A stretch of 64,000 nt of DNA from Amoebidium appalachense. Lineage: Eukaryota > Protista > Ichthyosporea. Under the pieces are notes generated by a model, which was given only the letters and a program-made list of their open reading frames with translations, was not told where the DNA came from and did not search any database. The position numbers were made by a program, and so were the translations under genes. Below, piece after piece: positions 26,646 to 38,782 of this stretch. Position 1 is the first letter of the stretch. Each line of letters begins with the position of its first letter. Location: NCBI GenBank assembly GCA_963693365.1, contig CAVNZM010000007.1:6755962-6819961 (forward strand). Direction: 5' to 3'.

Positions 26646-27620
26646 GAAAGTATGTTACAATGGAGGTTGCAGAGCACACATACGGGGAAGAGGGAGAGGG
26701 AGAGGGAGAGGGAGGGAGGGGGTGGTCAGCATGTCAACATTTCAAGAGAAGAGCCACTTAGCAGAAGGTGGTGCGAGTGTGCTCCGGTGAAACGTGGAAA
26801 GAACAAGCTAGGCGACAGCGTCGGAATAGGTAAAAAGAAAATAGACAGACATAATAGGCTAAAACGATGTTCCTACTCTTTTTATTGTTTTATAAAAATG
26901 GGAAAACGTGAAATAGCCCATTATGGAATGCGTAAGCATGAAATGTGCAATTTAAAATTGGACCAACAGGAAAATGGGCGACGTTGAGAGAGTCAACGGA
27001 ACAGAAATTTTGGCTCCGGCTCTACTTTGAACACAAATAAAATAGAATCGCAGGATAAGAGCCGGGGTCAGGGAAAGGGGAGGAGGGGGTTTGGTCGGGG
27101 TGGGGGTGGGGTGGGGCTTGAGAGTAGAGCACACCAACACTTGTCGAAGGGGATTCAGAGAGATGTGTATCTTAGCATACACACGCACGCTCGCGCACAC
27201 ACAACACACATTATGTTTTACATATTGGGTTTTTCCTTTTCCTCTTTTCTTTTTCCTCTTTCCTTTTTCAGTTTTTTCTTTTTTCTTTTTTTCGTTTTTA
27301 GTAGCCCCCGGGGGGGGGGGGGGGGGGGGGGGGGAGGGGGGGGGGGGGGAGGGGGGGGGGATGATGACGACAAGAGATACGGTAAGTTCTCTGCTCATGA
27401 CTGAAATAAAGTGTAAGGATGGAAGGCATTTACAAATATAATGCACCTGCTCATGACTGAAATAAAGTGTAAGGATGGAAGGCATTTACAAATATAATGC
27501 ACTAGAGGCTACGTGGGAGGATTGGAAGTGGGTCTAAGCAAACACGTGAAGAATTTGGAGCAATCGGAGGAACACAGCGAGCAACAATGGGGGATGAGAA
27601 GGTGGTGGGTGGGTGGGGAA

Positions 27621-27652
<32 letters not shown>

Positions 27653-28326
27653 GGGGGGGAGGGGGGCTCCTGTATAAAGGGATGAGGTCGAGGAGGAGGG
27701 GAACGAGAACGGATGGGTGGGGAGGGGAGGCTGGGAGAATGCAGAACTTTTTTGGATAATTCAAGTCAGTGGTGTAAAAGCAGAGCAGAGCCGAATACGT
27801 AACGTGAGAAAACATTAAATGCCAAAAGACCCTAAAAATAGCAAAGGGAAGGACTCCGAAAGCTATTTAGAGCCCATCATCAAGGGAAGAATTGATTGTG
27901 GTTGGGTTGTGGTGGCGGGTGAGAAGGGGGACGAGAAAGGAAGATTCAGAGGTGAGGGGGGGGGGGGGGGGGGGGTTATGTTCTGGTCCGAGTGCAGAAC
28001 CAACCATGGTACATGTAACATTGTATTACGGTAACATCCGGACGTGCAAACGTGCAAACAAAGCACGAACCAAGAAACTTAGGAAGAGATGTGGTAGGGT
28101 GGGGTGTCGCTCAGGCAGGAGCAAGGTGGACAGAACGGTATATATAACAAAAAAAAAAAACTTTGAAAACAAACAAACAAAACAAGACTGGACAGGACGT
28201 TAATAGACAAAACAACGAACACTGTGTGTGCCATGTGCGGCAACAGTGAACAATCACACCGTTTGTAAATGCATGGGTGGGAGTGTGGGTGGGAGGAATA
28301 GGTGGTGGTGGTGGTGGTGTGTGTGT

Positions 28327-28360
<34 letters not shown>

Positions 28361-28508
28361 GGGGCAGGAGGGAGGGGGGAAAGGAGGGGGGGGGGGCACC
28401 GAGGTTGGTTAGAATGTGCTACAGATTGCAAAGTGAACATTCACTATGGGCAACATATTGCACAAAGAGCAGGAGTATGCATTATATAAGTTGAGCCTTT
28501 CTTCAGCC

Positions 28509-28556
<48 letters not shown>

Positions 28557-28875
28557 GGGAGTCAACCACAGTACCCGAGCGTCAATAGAAGGGAGGAAGG
28601 GGAGGGAGACGGGGGAAAGGAGGGGGTTAGAATGAAGAACACGGTGCAAAGAACAACTACACGATGAGAAACACGTTGCAGGACACAGGCAAAAGAATGA
28701 TTCAAGTGCAACATCAGCAAGGGGCATTATGCAACATAGGTAGAACCCACCTTCAGGAGGGAAACGGGAGGGGGGGGGTGGGGGGGGGGGGAAGTAGGGG
28801 GAGAGAGACAGAGAGAGCGCGCAAGCGAGTGAGGGAGACACACACACGAGAGAGAGAGAGAGAGAGAGTGAGAGT

Positions 28876-28917
<42 letters not shown>

Positions 28918-29728
28918 AAATCATTAACTGCATAGGAGTTTCAACCCCTTAGCCTCCCATACGAAACCCAAATTCCGGAGGCGGGGACAGGGCGCCGGGG
29001 GGAGGGGGGGGGGGGGGGGGGAGGGGGAGGGGAGGGGGGGGGGGGGGGGGGATGTATTTGCAACCCACCTGCTCATCACTCAGTGCGCGGAGTGTCTGCA
29101 ACAAGTCCTCATCCTCAGGCTGCACCACAGTAGTGGATTTTGAATTTCCCGCACAAAGCCTCGGAGCCAATTGGATCGTGCTGCCGTCGCAGATCCCACA
29201 CTGGCCAATCGTTTGCGAGTCTAAAAGCTCCCTTCCAGCAAACACCAGTTGCTGCAGGTTTGGAGCTACCGACGTCATAGAAAAAATTTTCTCGCGCACG
29301 GCGGAGAAAGTGTCGTCTTTTTGACATTCGATGTTGTAATCTTGACCCAGAACGGTGCGTACGCGAACGTTCACTGTGGCGGAACGGCTTGGTGTTGGTG
29401 AAGGGGAACTTGAGCGATGAAGCACTGTAGGGAGAGAGAGGGGGGGGGGGGGAAGGGGGAGGAAGGGGGGAGGGGAGGAGGGGGAGGCGGAGGGGGGAGA
29501 GGGGCGGGAGGAGGGAAGTAAAGGAGAGGGAGACGGAAAGGGGGGAGGGGGGAGGGGGGGTGGAAGAGAGAGAGAGAGAGAGGGGGGGGGGGGGGGGGTT
29601 GGGGAAGGGGGTTAGAATGTGGTACATAGTGAGAAGTACAGATTTACGACGGACAATATAAAGCAGATTTTACGAAATGCACACAACTTGAGAATGCACC
29701 ATAGCACGTGCACACACCCCTGTGTGTC

Positions 29729-29768
<40 letters not shown>

Positions 29769-31256
29769 GTGTGTGCGTGTGTGCGTGCGTGTGTGTGTGT
29801 GTGGCGCACGCAGGTTTCAATCCCATGGGAGGAAAGGGCTGCGCAAGCGAGGAAAATCAACATAAATTAAGAAATAGATATAAATAAAAATGGCAACACG
29901 CACATAACAAAGAGGCCTTGATGCCTGCACTGTAGAGTATGCTCGTTGTGCTCGATTATATTTTTATATACTGAAAGCGGTAATGTTAAAAATTCAATAC
30001 ACTGCAGCGCCACCACAACCATTCCTCGAACCCACATACACAATAGTACACATAGTATGTATTCAAGAGTGGAATACACATAAATACACAAAAGCAACAA
30101 ACAAATAGAGGCACGCACATTAGAACACCCGCACACCGTTTTTCCGGACAGAAAAATATGCACATTACGAGCGGATGAATAATACTGCATTCTTGTACGA
30201 TTCCGAAACATTTCATAAAAATATTTAGCCATAAATTTCCGACCATAATAAAACACGGACTGTAATATTGTGTTTGGCACCACGTAGGTTTCAAATGCCA
30301 GAATTTCAACCTATCCCAAGTTGCTTAAAAAAAAAAAAGAAAAATTCATGCGATTGCAATGTCTTATATCGGGGTTGTGCGGGTTTTTTCCCCCCAACAA
30401 ACAACAGCCTGATTCTAAATGACTGCAAAAAGAAATCGGGAGCAAAGAAAATTTGTTTCAACGGTAGGGCCATATTGATAGATTATAGGAGAGAAGTTGG
30501 TTGAGGCCGGGGGGGAGGAGATGGGGTGGGGGGGGGGGGGGGGGGGGGGGGGGGGGAGGGGGGGGGGGGGGGGGGGGGGGGGAAGATGCCTGAAATGCGA
30601 ACCACGATAGCACAGTGCCAATGCACATAGACACAAACCATTCGTTTGCCCATAGTATGTGCCACATTCATCAAGTTAAATCCCATAAGAGAGGAAGCAA
30701 AGCTGTTGCACACACACGTCGTTGCATTACAGAGGCGAGCAGGGAGAGTGTTTAGGGAGGATTGATGAGGAAAATGCGCAGATGTGTGTGTTGTGTCGGT
30801 CGTGTATGTGTGTCTGTCGTGTGTGCATTTATGTTTTGTAAACGAGGGAGGTGGGATGGGATGGCAGCAAAAATGAAAGAGGGCAGATTTTTAGCTTAAT
30901 GGCACCTTTGCTGACTCAAATGGTTCAAATGTGCTTATACTGCGCATACCCATATGTCCATCAAACATTCACAAACACACACGACTATATCCGGCTAATC
31001 CAGAAGCTTTAAACAAAAACAGCAAAATATAAACTCGTTTCTTACCTGCACCAGGCAACACATTCCCTCTTTCTGATGGCTGCAATTCCACATTTTCGAC
31101 CACCTTTCGACCATATGTCTGGATTTGGCTTTCGAAGTTGTCTGTAATTTGGTCTGTGTTCTGGGTGTGCATTTCCACAACACTCGCCCCACAACTGGGC
31201 AGCACGTGAGAGTTTACTCTTTTTGCATGTGTGAATTCATGCCTCGAACCATGCAT
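24353..31256 (-). CDS. ZFAND4: AN1-type zinc finger / ubiquitin-like domain protein (ZFAND4/ANUBL1-like); exons 31256-31046 (tentative), 29424-29069, 25918-24353
   Basis: Ubl domain VRVRTVLGQDYNIEC...QQLVFAGRELLDSQTIGQCGICDGSTIQL; phase-0 intron CAG|GTGGGT...cacag|; LTFVSKVGDQ and TKMRSLRQQL blocks resembling ZFAND4; C-terminal AN1 finger CGMCGKKVGLVAMPCRCGTVFCPAHRLAEDHECGFDYK. Upstream exon joined by phase-1 G|GTAAG. Confidence 0.85.
27391..27502. repeat. Perfect tandem duplication, about 57-bp period (intronic)
   Basis: CTGCTCATGACTGAAATAAAGTGTAAGGATGGAAGGCATTTACAAATATAATGCAC occurs twice. Confidence 0.9.
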
Positions 31257-32424
31257 TATACCGCCAATAGCAGTGAGGAAAGAAAAGCGAATGTTTGGGA
31301 GAATGCCCTTTCGGTAAGCGAATATTCTGATAGATAACACGAGTTGAATTCGAATGCTGAAAACGTGTATTTCAGTTCAAACACAAACAGCAGAGGTATA
31401 TGTGACAATACATGTGTTCTCTTTATCGCAAAGCTTTCCCAATATTCTGCAACCTTGAAAAGCTAAAGCGTTCATAAGAAGGAACCCTCTACTGTTCAAG
31501 AGTTTGGGGAAAAAAAACAACTTGCACAGAAGTGAAACGTACGATCACCGACTGTGTGCACAGCTATTGGTGTCAATAAAGTGGTGAACTGGTTATATAG
31601 GTCTCAGCTTAGGCGTGGGTCCAATCATTAGCCCTCAAGTGCTCTCGGCAAATTATAAAACTGATGCCTACCCAATCAAATGTGGATTATACCTAAGAAA
31701 CACATTCCAAGGAATCGGACGCATTGAACCTAGATCACATTCACAAGGTCGCAGAATTCGAACCGTTGATGATCACCGGGCTACTCTTTCCACACTGTAT
31801 TGCTCAGAGAAAAAGCCAATTTGCAACCATAAACAATGATAAATAATGCATATAATGTTACCTAAAAAGTAAACTGCTTGATAAAATTGTTTCTGCTTAC
31901 GTCTACTGTACCAGCGAAAAGCAGCCTGAGTTATTCATACTTATCAGTCAAATGAAACCAATGAAAGCTTTTCTTTAAAAACAGTAACCTTGTTTGATTG
32001 GATAGTTTTTCGACCAATCTAAATTGAGTTGCTTTAGGTCCGATTGCCGCGGCGTTCATTGCACCAGCCTAAATCGAAGACCCCGTAGATGAATGCAAGA
32101 ACTTGTGCTGAAATTTCATCCACACAAAAAATGTTATTTATGGCAATATATATAATTTAACTATTTATTAATAAACTTAAAACCATTAAACGCAATTAAA
32201 AAGGTACATAAAATAGTTTCAAACATAAATTGTATGCATTTTTGTAAACTATAGAGCAAAACGTTACACTGTATGTATATTGTAAATTGGTGGTAAGGTT
32301 AAAGCGGTTTCGGAAATGGCATCAGGGGGGCATTCCTCCTACTCCGGTTCCTTACACACGTTGCATGCACGCATGCCGTGGCAGCCGTGCCAACGGTTCG
32401 TAAAGCCTAATACTCCCACACCCT

Positions 32425-32455
<31 letters not shown>

Positions 32456-33433
32456 CTCTTTCCCTCCCCCCTTTTCCCCCCTCCCCTCCCCTCCCCACCC
32501 ACCCCCTCACACCTCCGCCTCTCGAGCTCCCCCCCCTCCCCCGCTCCCCTCCCACCGTCCTCACCTGTCGGCCCCCCCTCCCCTCCCCCAGCTCCCGGCC
32601 ACCTCAATGCCGCAAAAGCTGGGGACCCTCTCCCGGAGGCTCGCCACATGCGCGCGCATGCCGCGATCGCGCGACAAGCAAAAGTGACAACATCGCGTGC
32701 ACTGCCACCCCTACCAGTCACGGTACCTGTCCCGGTGACGGTGACGCCGGCCATGCAGACAAGACACTTGTGTGCGCCGGGCCCACGTGTACACATGTAC
32801 ACCCACGTGGGGTACCCACCCGCTCACCCACCGTTGGCAAAAACGTGTGCCCACACACTTACACATCAAAGCCACACGCGATCAGACGCACACACTCACA
32901 CGCACATGCATAATATTGTACACACACGCTCAGTGGCATATGCCGTAGTATGCACACATACGGCATGCACAGTCATCTGGCCCTACTATGGCAGCACGCA
33001 CATACATACATACACTAATATTAGTGTATGATCATGCTTAGCCCTGCCACCTGCGACTGTGGCCTCAGCCGCCGTATGATAAACTGTTTTTTTTTTTTAA
33101 GGGGGGGGGATTGAGTTGGCGCGTGATCAGTCGACTTCGGAAGGAAAGTTAGTGTCAGCCTTGAAAAATAAGAGCTACCTCCAAAGGTCGCAGTGCTTAG
33201 TAGCCTAAGGTGTGGCAAACATGACCAAATGCATTTACCATGCTAACCGGTACCAGACCTGCCTCATGTGCTATTAGGGATTCTTGATTTTGAAACGGGG
33301 AGGGGGGTTATGGTATTACCTTGGGGGGGAGGGGGGGGGGGGGGGGGGGGGGGGGAGAGGGGGGGGGGGGGGAGGGGGGGGGGGGGGGGGGGGACCATCC
33401 ACCGCTTCGACTAGCCGGGGAAGGGGGGGCCTG

Positions 33434-33469
<36 letters not shown>

Positions 33470-33694
33470 CTACCCATCCCGGGGCTGCCATCATGTGACT
33501 ACATAGATAATCTGATCATATAATAGTACTATAAATTAGCAGCGGTTTACATAAATTTGCCAACTTGAACATTAAGCGGTTAAACATGAAATAGGAGTCC
33601 TTGATCACTTGGAACTCAGGATATGCCTTGCGGACAGCGGTGAATGCCCTGGGCTAAGTGCGTGCAAATAGTTGGGATTGTTAAGGGTGTGTTA

Positions 33695-34116
33695 GCTTAG
33701 CTAATATTACCGTAGCACCCTAGCTAGAGCACTGTCGGTGCTGGGTGAAAGACGGTAGTTCCCTATGAGGGCCCCGAGGGGTCCCTCCGGGAACAAAACG
33801 GGATATAAAAAAAATGCTTTACGGACAGCCTGGCACCCCCTTCTCCCCGGGGCCCCCCGGGGGTCCTTGCACCCTTCCCCCCCCCCGAGAGACGGGTCTT
33901 CATTTGCTCCACCGAGCACGCGCACACACGCACACACTTTCACATGACACTGTATTTTATTCACATTTTTTTAATTGCGTTTTGTTCCCGAAGGACCTTT
34001 CCAGGCCCTCATGAGAGAACTACCGTCTACCACACAGCACCGACATGAGAGAACTACCGTCTACCACACAGCACCGACAGTACACTATTAATTAGGGTGC
34101 TATCTATGTGCTCAGC
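33695..34116. mobile_element. MITE with about 90-bp imperfect TIRs (TA TSD if ends are 33715/34100; TTA TSD if 33695/34116)
   Basis: Left TAGCACCCTAG...CTGTCGGTGCTG...GACGGTAGTT...GAGGGCC...CGGGAACAAAACG matches the reverse complement of 33978-34102. Right arm carries a 34-bp tandem duplication (34010-34078). Confidence 0.7.
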
Positions 34117-34367
34117 TTAGGTGTTTAATTTACACGTCGGCTGCACACACATGTACCACACACGCACACAAGACCGTGCACAAACCTTTGACCAACGATG
34201 AATACCCGACATATTATTCATGAGCATGCAGATACACAAGCCCACACCGTGGCACGCACACATGCATTCCCCGCCACACAGACATGCACACAAACACTGC
34301 ACGGTCAGCACGATAACCTTTCCCCCAATAATTTATCAAAGTTTAGAAGTTGTTGGTCGTTGTGTTG

Positions 34368-34455
<88 letters not shown>

Positions 34456-34548
34456 TGCGTGCGTGCGTGCCGGTGTGTGCACGTGTGCACGTGCATAAAT
34501 CAAGATATATTTTACTTTTGTATGAGCAAGGTGACATGATCAAGGGGG

Positions 34549-34596
<48 letters not shown>

Positions 34597-34896
34597 TTTG
34601 AGAGGGGCGGGGGTGGAGGGGGGAGGTGGGGGCGGGGGCGGGGGTGGAGGGGGGGGGGGGAGGGGGGGGGGGGGAGGTGGGGTGGGGAGGGGGGGGGCGG
34701 GGGGGGAGGGGGAGGGGGGCTGGGGGTCGTAGAAAAAGTAATAGAGCATATTGGTGGTACGCATTCACCGCGGACAACACAAAGCAGGATTTGCAAAGAA
34801 CCGTTGACAGAGAGTATGCATCCGGCAGAAGAAGAGCACTAACACAAAGGGGTGGGAAGTGTGTGGGCGTACATGTCTGTGTGTGCATGTGTGTGT

Positions 34897-34933
<37 letters not shown>

Positions 34934-35799
34934 AGGAGGGGGGGGAGGGATATGCATCAATAGCCAAAACGGAAGCAATTTCTCCAATCGTAATAATAGC
35001 AATTAATAACTTAATAGTAATAATAAAAGGTAACGAATATGACCTTTGGTAAATGGGAGAGAGACCGTGGCCATGATCACGGGCATAGGGGGAGGGGGGG
35101 GGGGGGGGGGGGAAGGGGAGGTGGTGCCCGGGGGTAGTGTGACTCAGGGAGGAAGGCGGGGGGGGGGGGGGGGGGGGGGCACCCCATTGGTGCTCGCCCA
35201 GGTGGTCCCCCCCCCCCCTCCCCCCCTGCGGCTACCTTGGGGATAGCGGGGAGGGGGACCCACCCACACCCTCCCGCACCCGGAGGTGGGGGGAGGAGAG
35301 TACCGCCAGGCGAGACGTCGATATCAAAACTACTCCCCCCCCCCCCCCCCCCCAACCACCACCACCAGCAGCACCCCCACCTCCCACCCCTCCCCTCCCA
35401 TTTCAAATTTGAAAATCCCTTACTTCACTTTCCACGACATCCATCCCATAGATAAAGTGTACGTGTGGCCGTGCTGGAAAACGTCTGATTATCAAGTGCT
35501 CAGACACACAAAAAGAGCGTAGTACCCTGGCCCAATATTGATTTCCTAGGCTGCTATTTAGATCGCGCAAACCAACTTAAATTCACGTACAAATCGTCTC
35601 GAGCTCCGCTCGTTAATTTGAGTCATGCACAAGGCACGGCGGGTGGGTGGCCAATGATCAGCGTAAAATTTCAACCCCGAGTAACAAACTTCCTTTTGTG
35701 GGATGGGGGGAGGGGGGGGGGGGGGGAGGGGGGGGCTTTATGTACAGCAATATATTATGCCATGATACGTGTACAGCGGAGTGAGGAATCACTGCGATA

Positions 35800-36270
35800 C
35801 AGATACCGTCCGTCATTCAGAATACCCGCCAATAAGAATACGCTGGCGGAAAATTGGGGTTTTTTAAGAATATGCAGGGCGGCCAGATTTTGGAATATTC
35901 TTAATGGCGGATTACAAGTTTGCGCTCTGTTTGGAGGAGAACGTTTCCATGGGATGGATGAGAGGGGTTGGATACTGCATAGTCGACCATAAGAGTCAGA
36001 TATGTGCAAATTTTGTGGTTAGCAGTCGGTATGCTCCGCAAATGTGAGTACTAGTTCTTTTGATTAACGGCCTTTTGAGTGTAGTAGCTAGTGTGGCCGG
36101 CATAGGTCATACAAACCACTGTGCACAAGCGGCAAGCCGCCCCCCCCCCCCCCCCCCCCGATCCTGTACCATTAAGAATATGGCAGCGACCATCCAAAAC
36201 CATGAAGAATATTAAGAATATGCACCACGGCCACGTTTTGAGGGGGTGTCTTAATGGCGGACGGCATCTG
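35800..36270. mobile_element. Tc1/mariner-like MITE (471 bp, TA TSD)
   Basis: TA|CAGATACCGTCCGTCATTCAGAA ... TCTTAATGGCGGACGGCATCTG|TA, with internal repeats of a (CCGCC)ATTAAGAATA motif in both orientations. Confidence 0.7.
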
Positions 36271-36995
36271 TATCTTGACCGAACCATATTTCTTATGATA
36301 ATTGTCTGGAAAACCCCACACAGCCGTCCCCACTATAATACATTTTACTGTGAACTCCTGGCTCAGCGGCAATATTCACTCGCCTTCGTATTTCGATAAT
36401 CCTGATATAAAGTCTGTTGACTATTTCTTAAATCATTGTATGTCAACCGAGTTTTCTCAGGTGTGTGGTTATCTAAGTTGTTGTCTCCTCCGTATCCGAG
36501 AGGAACGATTTTTGTATCTTCTCACTGAGATATCTGTGACTCTGAGGCTCGATTGTTCCTATTTTAAAGAGAATATCAATCAATAAATTAAAAGTCATCA
36601 ATAAAAAACACGAATCCTAGACTCAACAAAATCCCTGCATGATTTACAGCCAGTTGAGTGGCAGACAGTAGCAAAGTTACGTCCACGGACTTTACTGCAT
36701 AATACGCATTATTTTAATGAGGGACATACCACCGGGCAAATCCACATAGTAACTCTTTAATTTGCACACATAATGTAACAGGCAAATTTCATCGGATAGC
36801 ATACATTTCTCATATGTCCGTTCAATTAATAAACACTATTCACTAATATCTCATCAATAACAGGTGTCGTATATACAGTAACTTAACCCAATTGGACTCA
36901 TCACACTCATTCATTCCTTCTATTTAATTTTGTTGTCATTTAACTAGCAAACACACCGCAAAATAAATAAAAAAGTCGTTACCCATCCCGTCAGT

Positions 36996-37027
<32 letters not shown>

Positions 37028-37392
37028 TCTACCCACACACAAGTAGAAAACAGGACTAACTTAAGTTTAGAAAAAACCTAGCCTACCACGTCTAAACACT
37101 ACGCCAATTAATTCAGAACTACTACCGCAATAAAAAATTCATTCATACAACCCCCCCCCCCCCCCTCACCCCTGGTCAGACACCAAATCCCCCTCTCTCA
37201 AATACAGCTTTCCCCCCATCCACCAGCACAGTGTCTGTCTTAGTACCCTCCAGCAGTGTCCCTTAAATTTAAAATTTCAGTTTAAACCCCCATTTCCTCC
37301 TCGTAATTTTGCCGGCCGGCGACCAACTTGTGGGCGGGATGGCTGTTGATTGAAGTTTGGGAGCAGCTTCACGTGCTCGTCAACCGGTTTGG

Positions 37393-37465
<73 letters not shown>

Positions 37466-37538
37466 TGTGCATGTGTGTGCATGTGTGCCCAAGTAAGAAA
37501 TTAGCAAACAAAAGGCTAGGGAAAATGAAGAAAACGAA

Positions 37539-37574
<36 letters not shown>

Positions 37575-37781
37575 CTATGCATTGAGGGAAGGGATAGAAA
37601 AAAAAAAAGGGGGGGGGGGGGGGGGGGAGGGGGGGAGGAGAAGGAGGGGTCAGTTTCATTGCCATTTACATGGAGACACAGCTTTAGGGAAGTTTTGATG
37701 CACAGCTGTGCTTATTTAAGTCTGTGTGCATGCCTGCACACGTGCTCATTCCCTCTCTCACTTCTTTCTCTGTGTTTGCAT

Positions 37782-37812
<31 letters not shown>

Positions 37813-38023
37813 CCCCCCCTCCCTCCCTCCTTTCTCATGATAACTGGGTGTGAATGTACTCTTAGGGTGTGTGTATTTTTTGTGTGGACGTCCATTAATG
37901 TCTATGCGTCCGTGTGTAACCCCCCCCCCCCTCCCCCCTTCTCCGCCCTCTCGTTTTGTCATGTCGGTTGACCAAACTAACCTCCCACGTACACGGCATA
38001 TTGGCAAAATGACATGGAGGGAA

Positions 38024-38065
<42 letters not shown>

Positions 38066-38205
38066 ACCCCCCACCACCACACACACACACACACAAGAAA
38101 AAAAAAAAAAGAAAAAAAAAATCAACACCCAGAAAAAGAAAAACACAGGAAAGCAAAACAAACACAAAAACAAACAAAAGGAATGGGGTGAGGTAGCGGT
38201 GGTGG

Positions 38206-38244
<39 letters not shown>

Positions 38245-38317
38245 GTGGGGGAAGGGGTGGGGGGAGGGGAAGGGAGGGGAGGGGTGGGGGGGGGGGGGGT
38301 GGAGTGGGTGGGTGGGT

Positions 38318-38348
<31 letters not shown>

Positions 38349-38681
38349 GGAATTACATGATGACTTGACCAACCCACACAGGCTTGTCTAACACATTCAT
38401 TTCTCAAGTCACTCATACCCCCTTCATCCACACACAAACAACCGACCTGTTCAAACACACACCCACACACCCAAGTACACAACACACACATTTGGGCACA
38501 TACACATAGACCCAGACCCGCCCCCCCCCCCCCCTCTCCCCTGCCCGCCCCGTCCCGACGCAGACACACAGACGCACTCACTCACCCACCCACCCAACTA
38601 CACATGCTTCACCACCGCACACACACAAAACACTCACACATACACTCAAGCATCAATCAACCCCCCCCCCCCCCCTCCCCC

Positions 38682-38723
<42 letters not shown>

Positions 38724-38782
38724 AAAAAAAAAAAAAACATCACGACAGGACCACCACCCACCTTGCACTTCCATTCATCGCG

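Noticed and set aside
32640-33020. GC-rich stretch with short palindromes and a 127-aa ORF
   Set aside because: No RNA-gene fold or protein motif recognised; composition is CA/CACGTG-biased.
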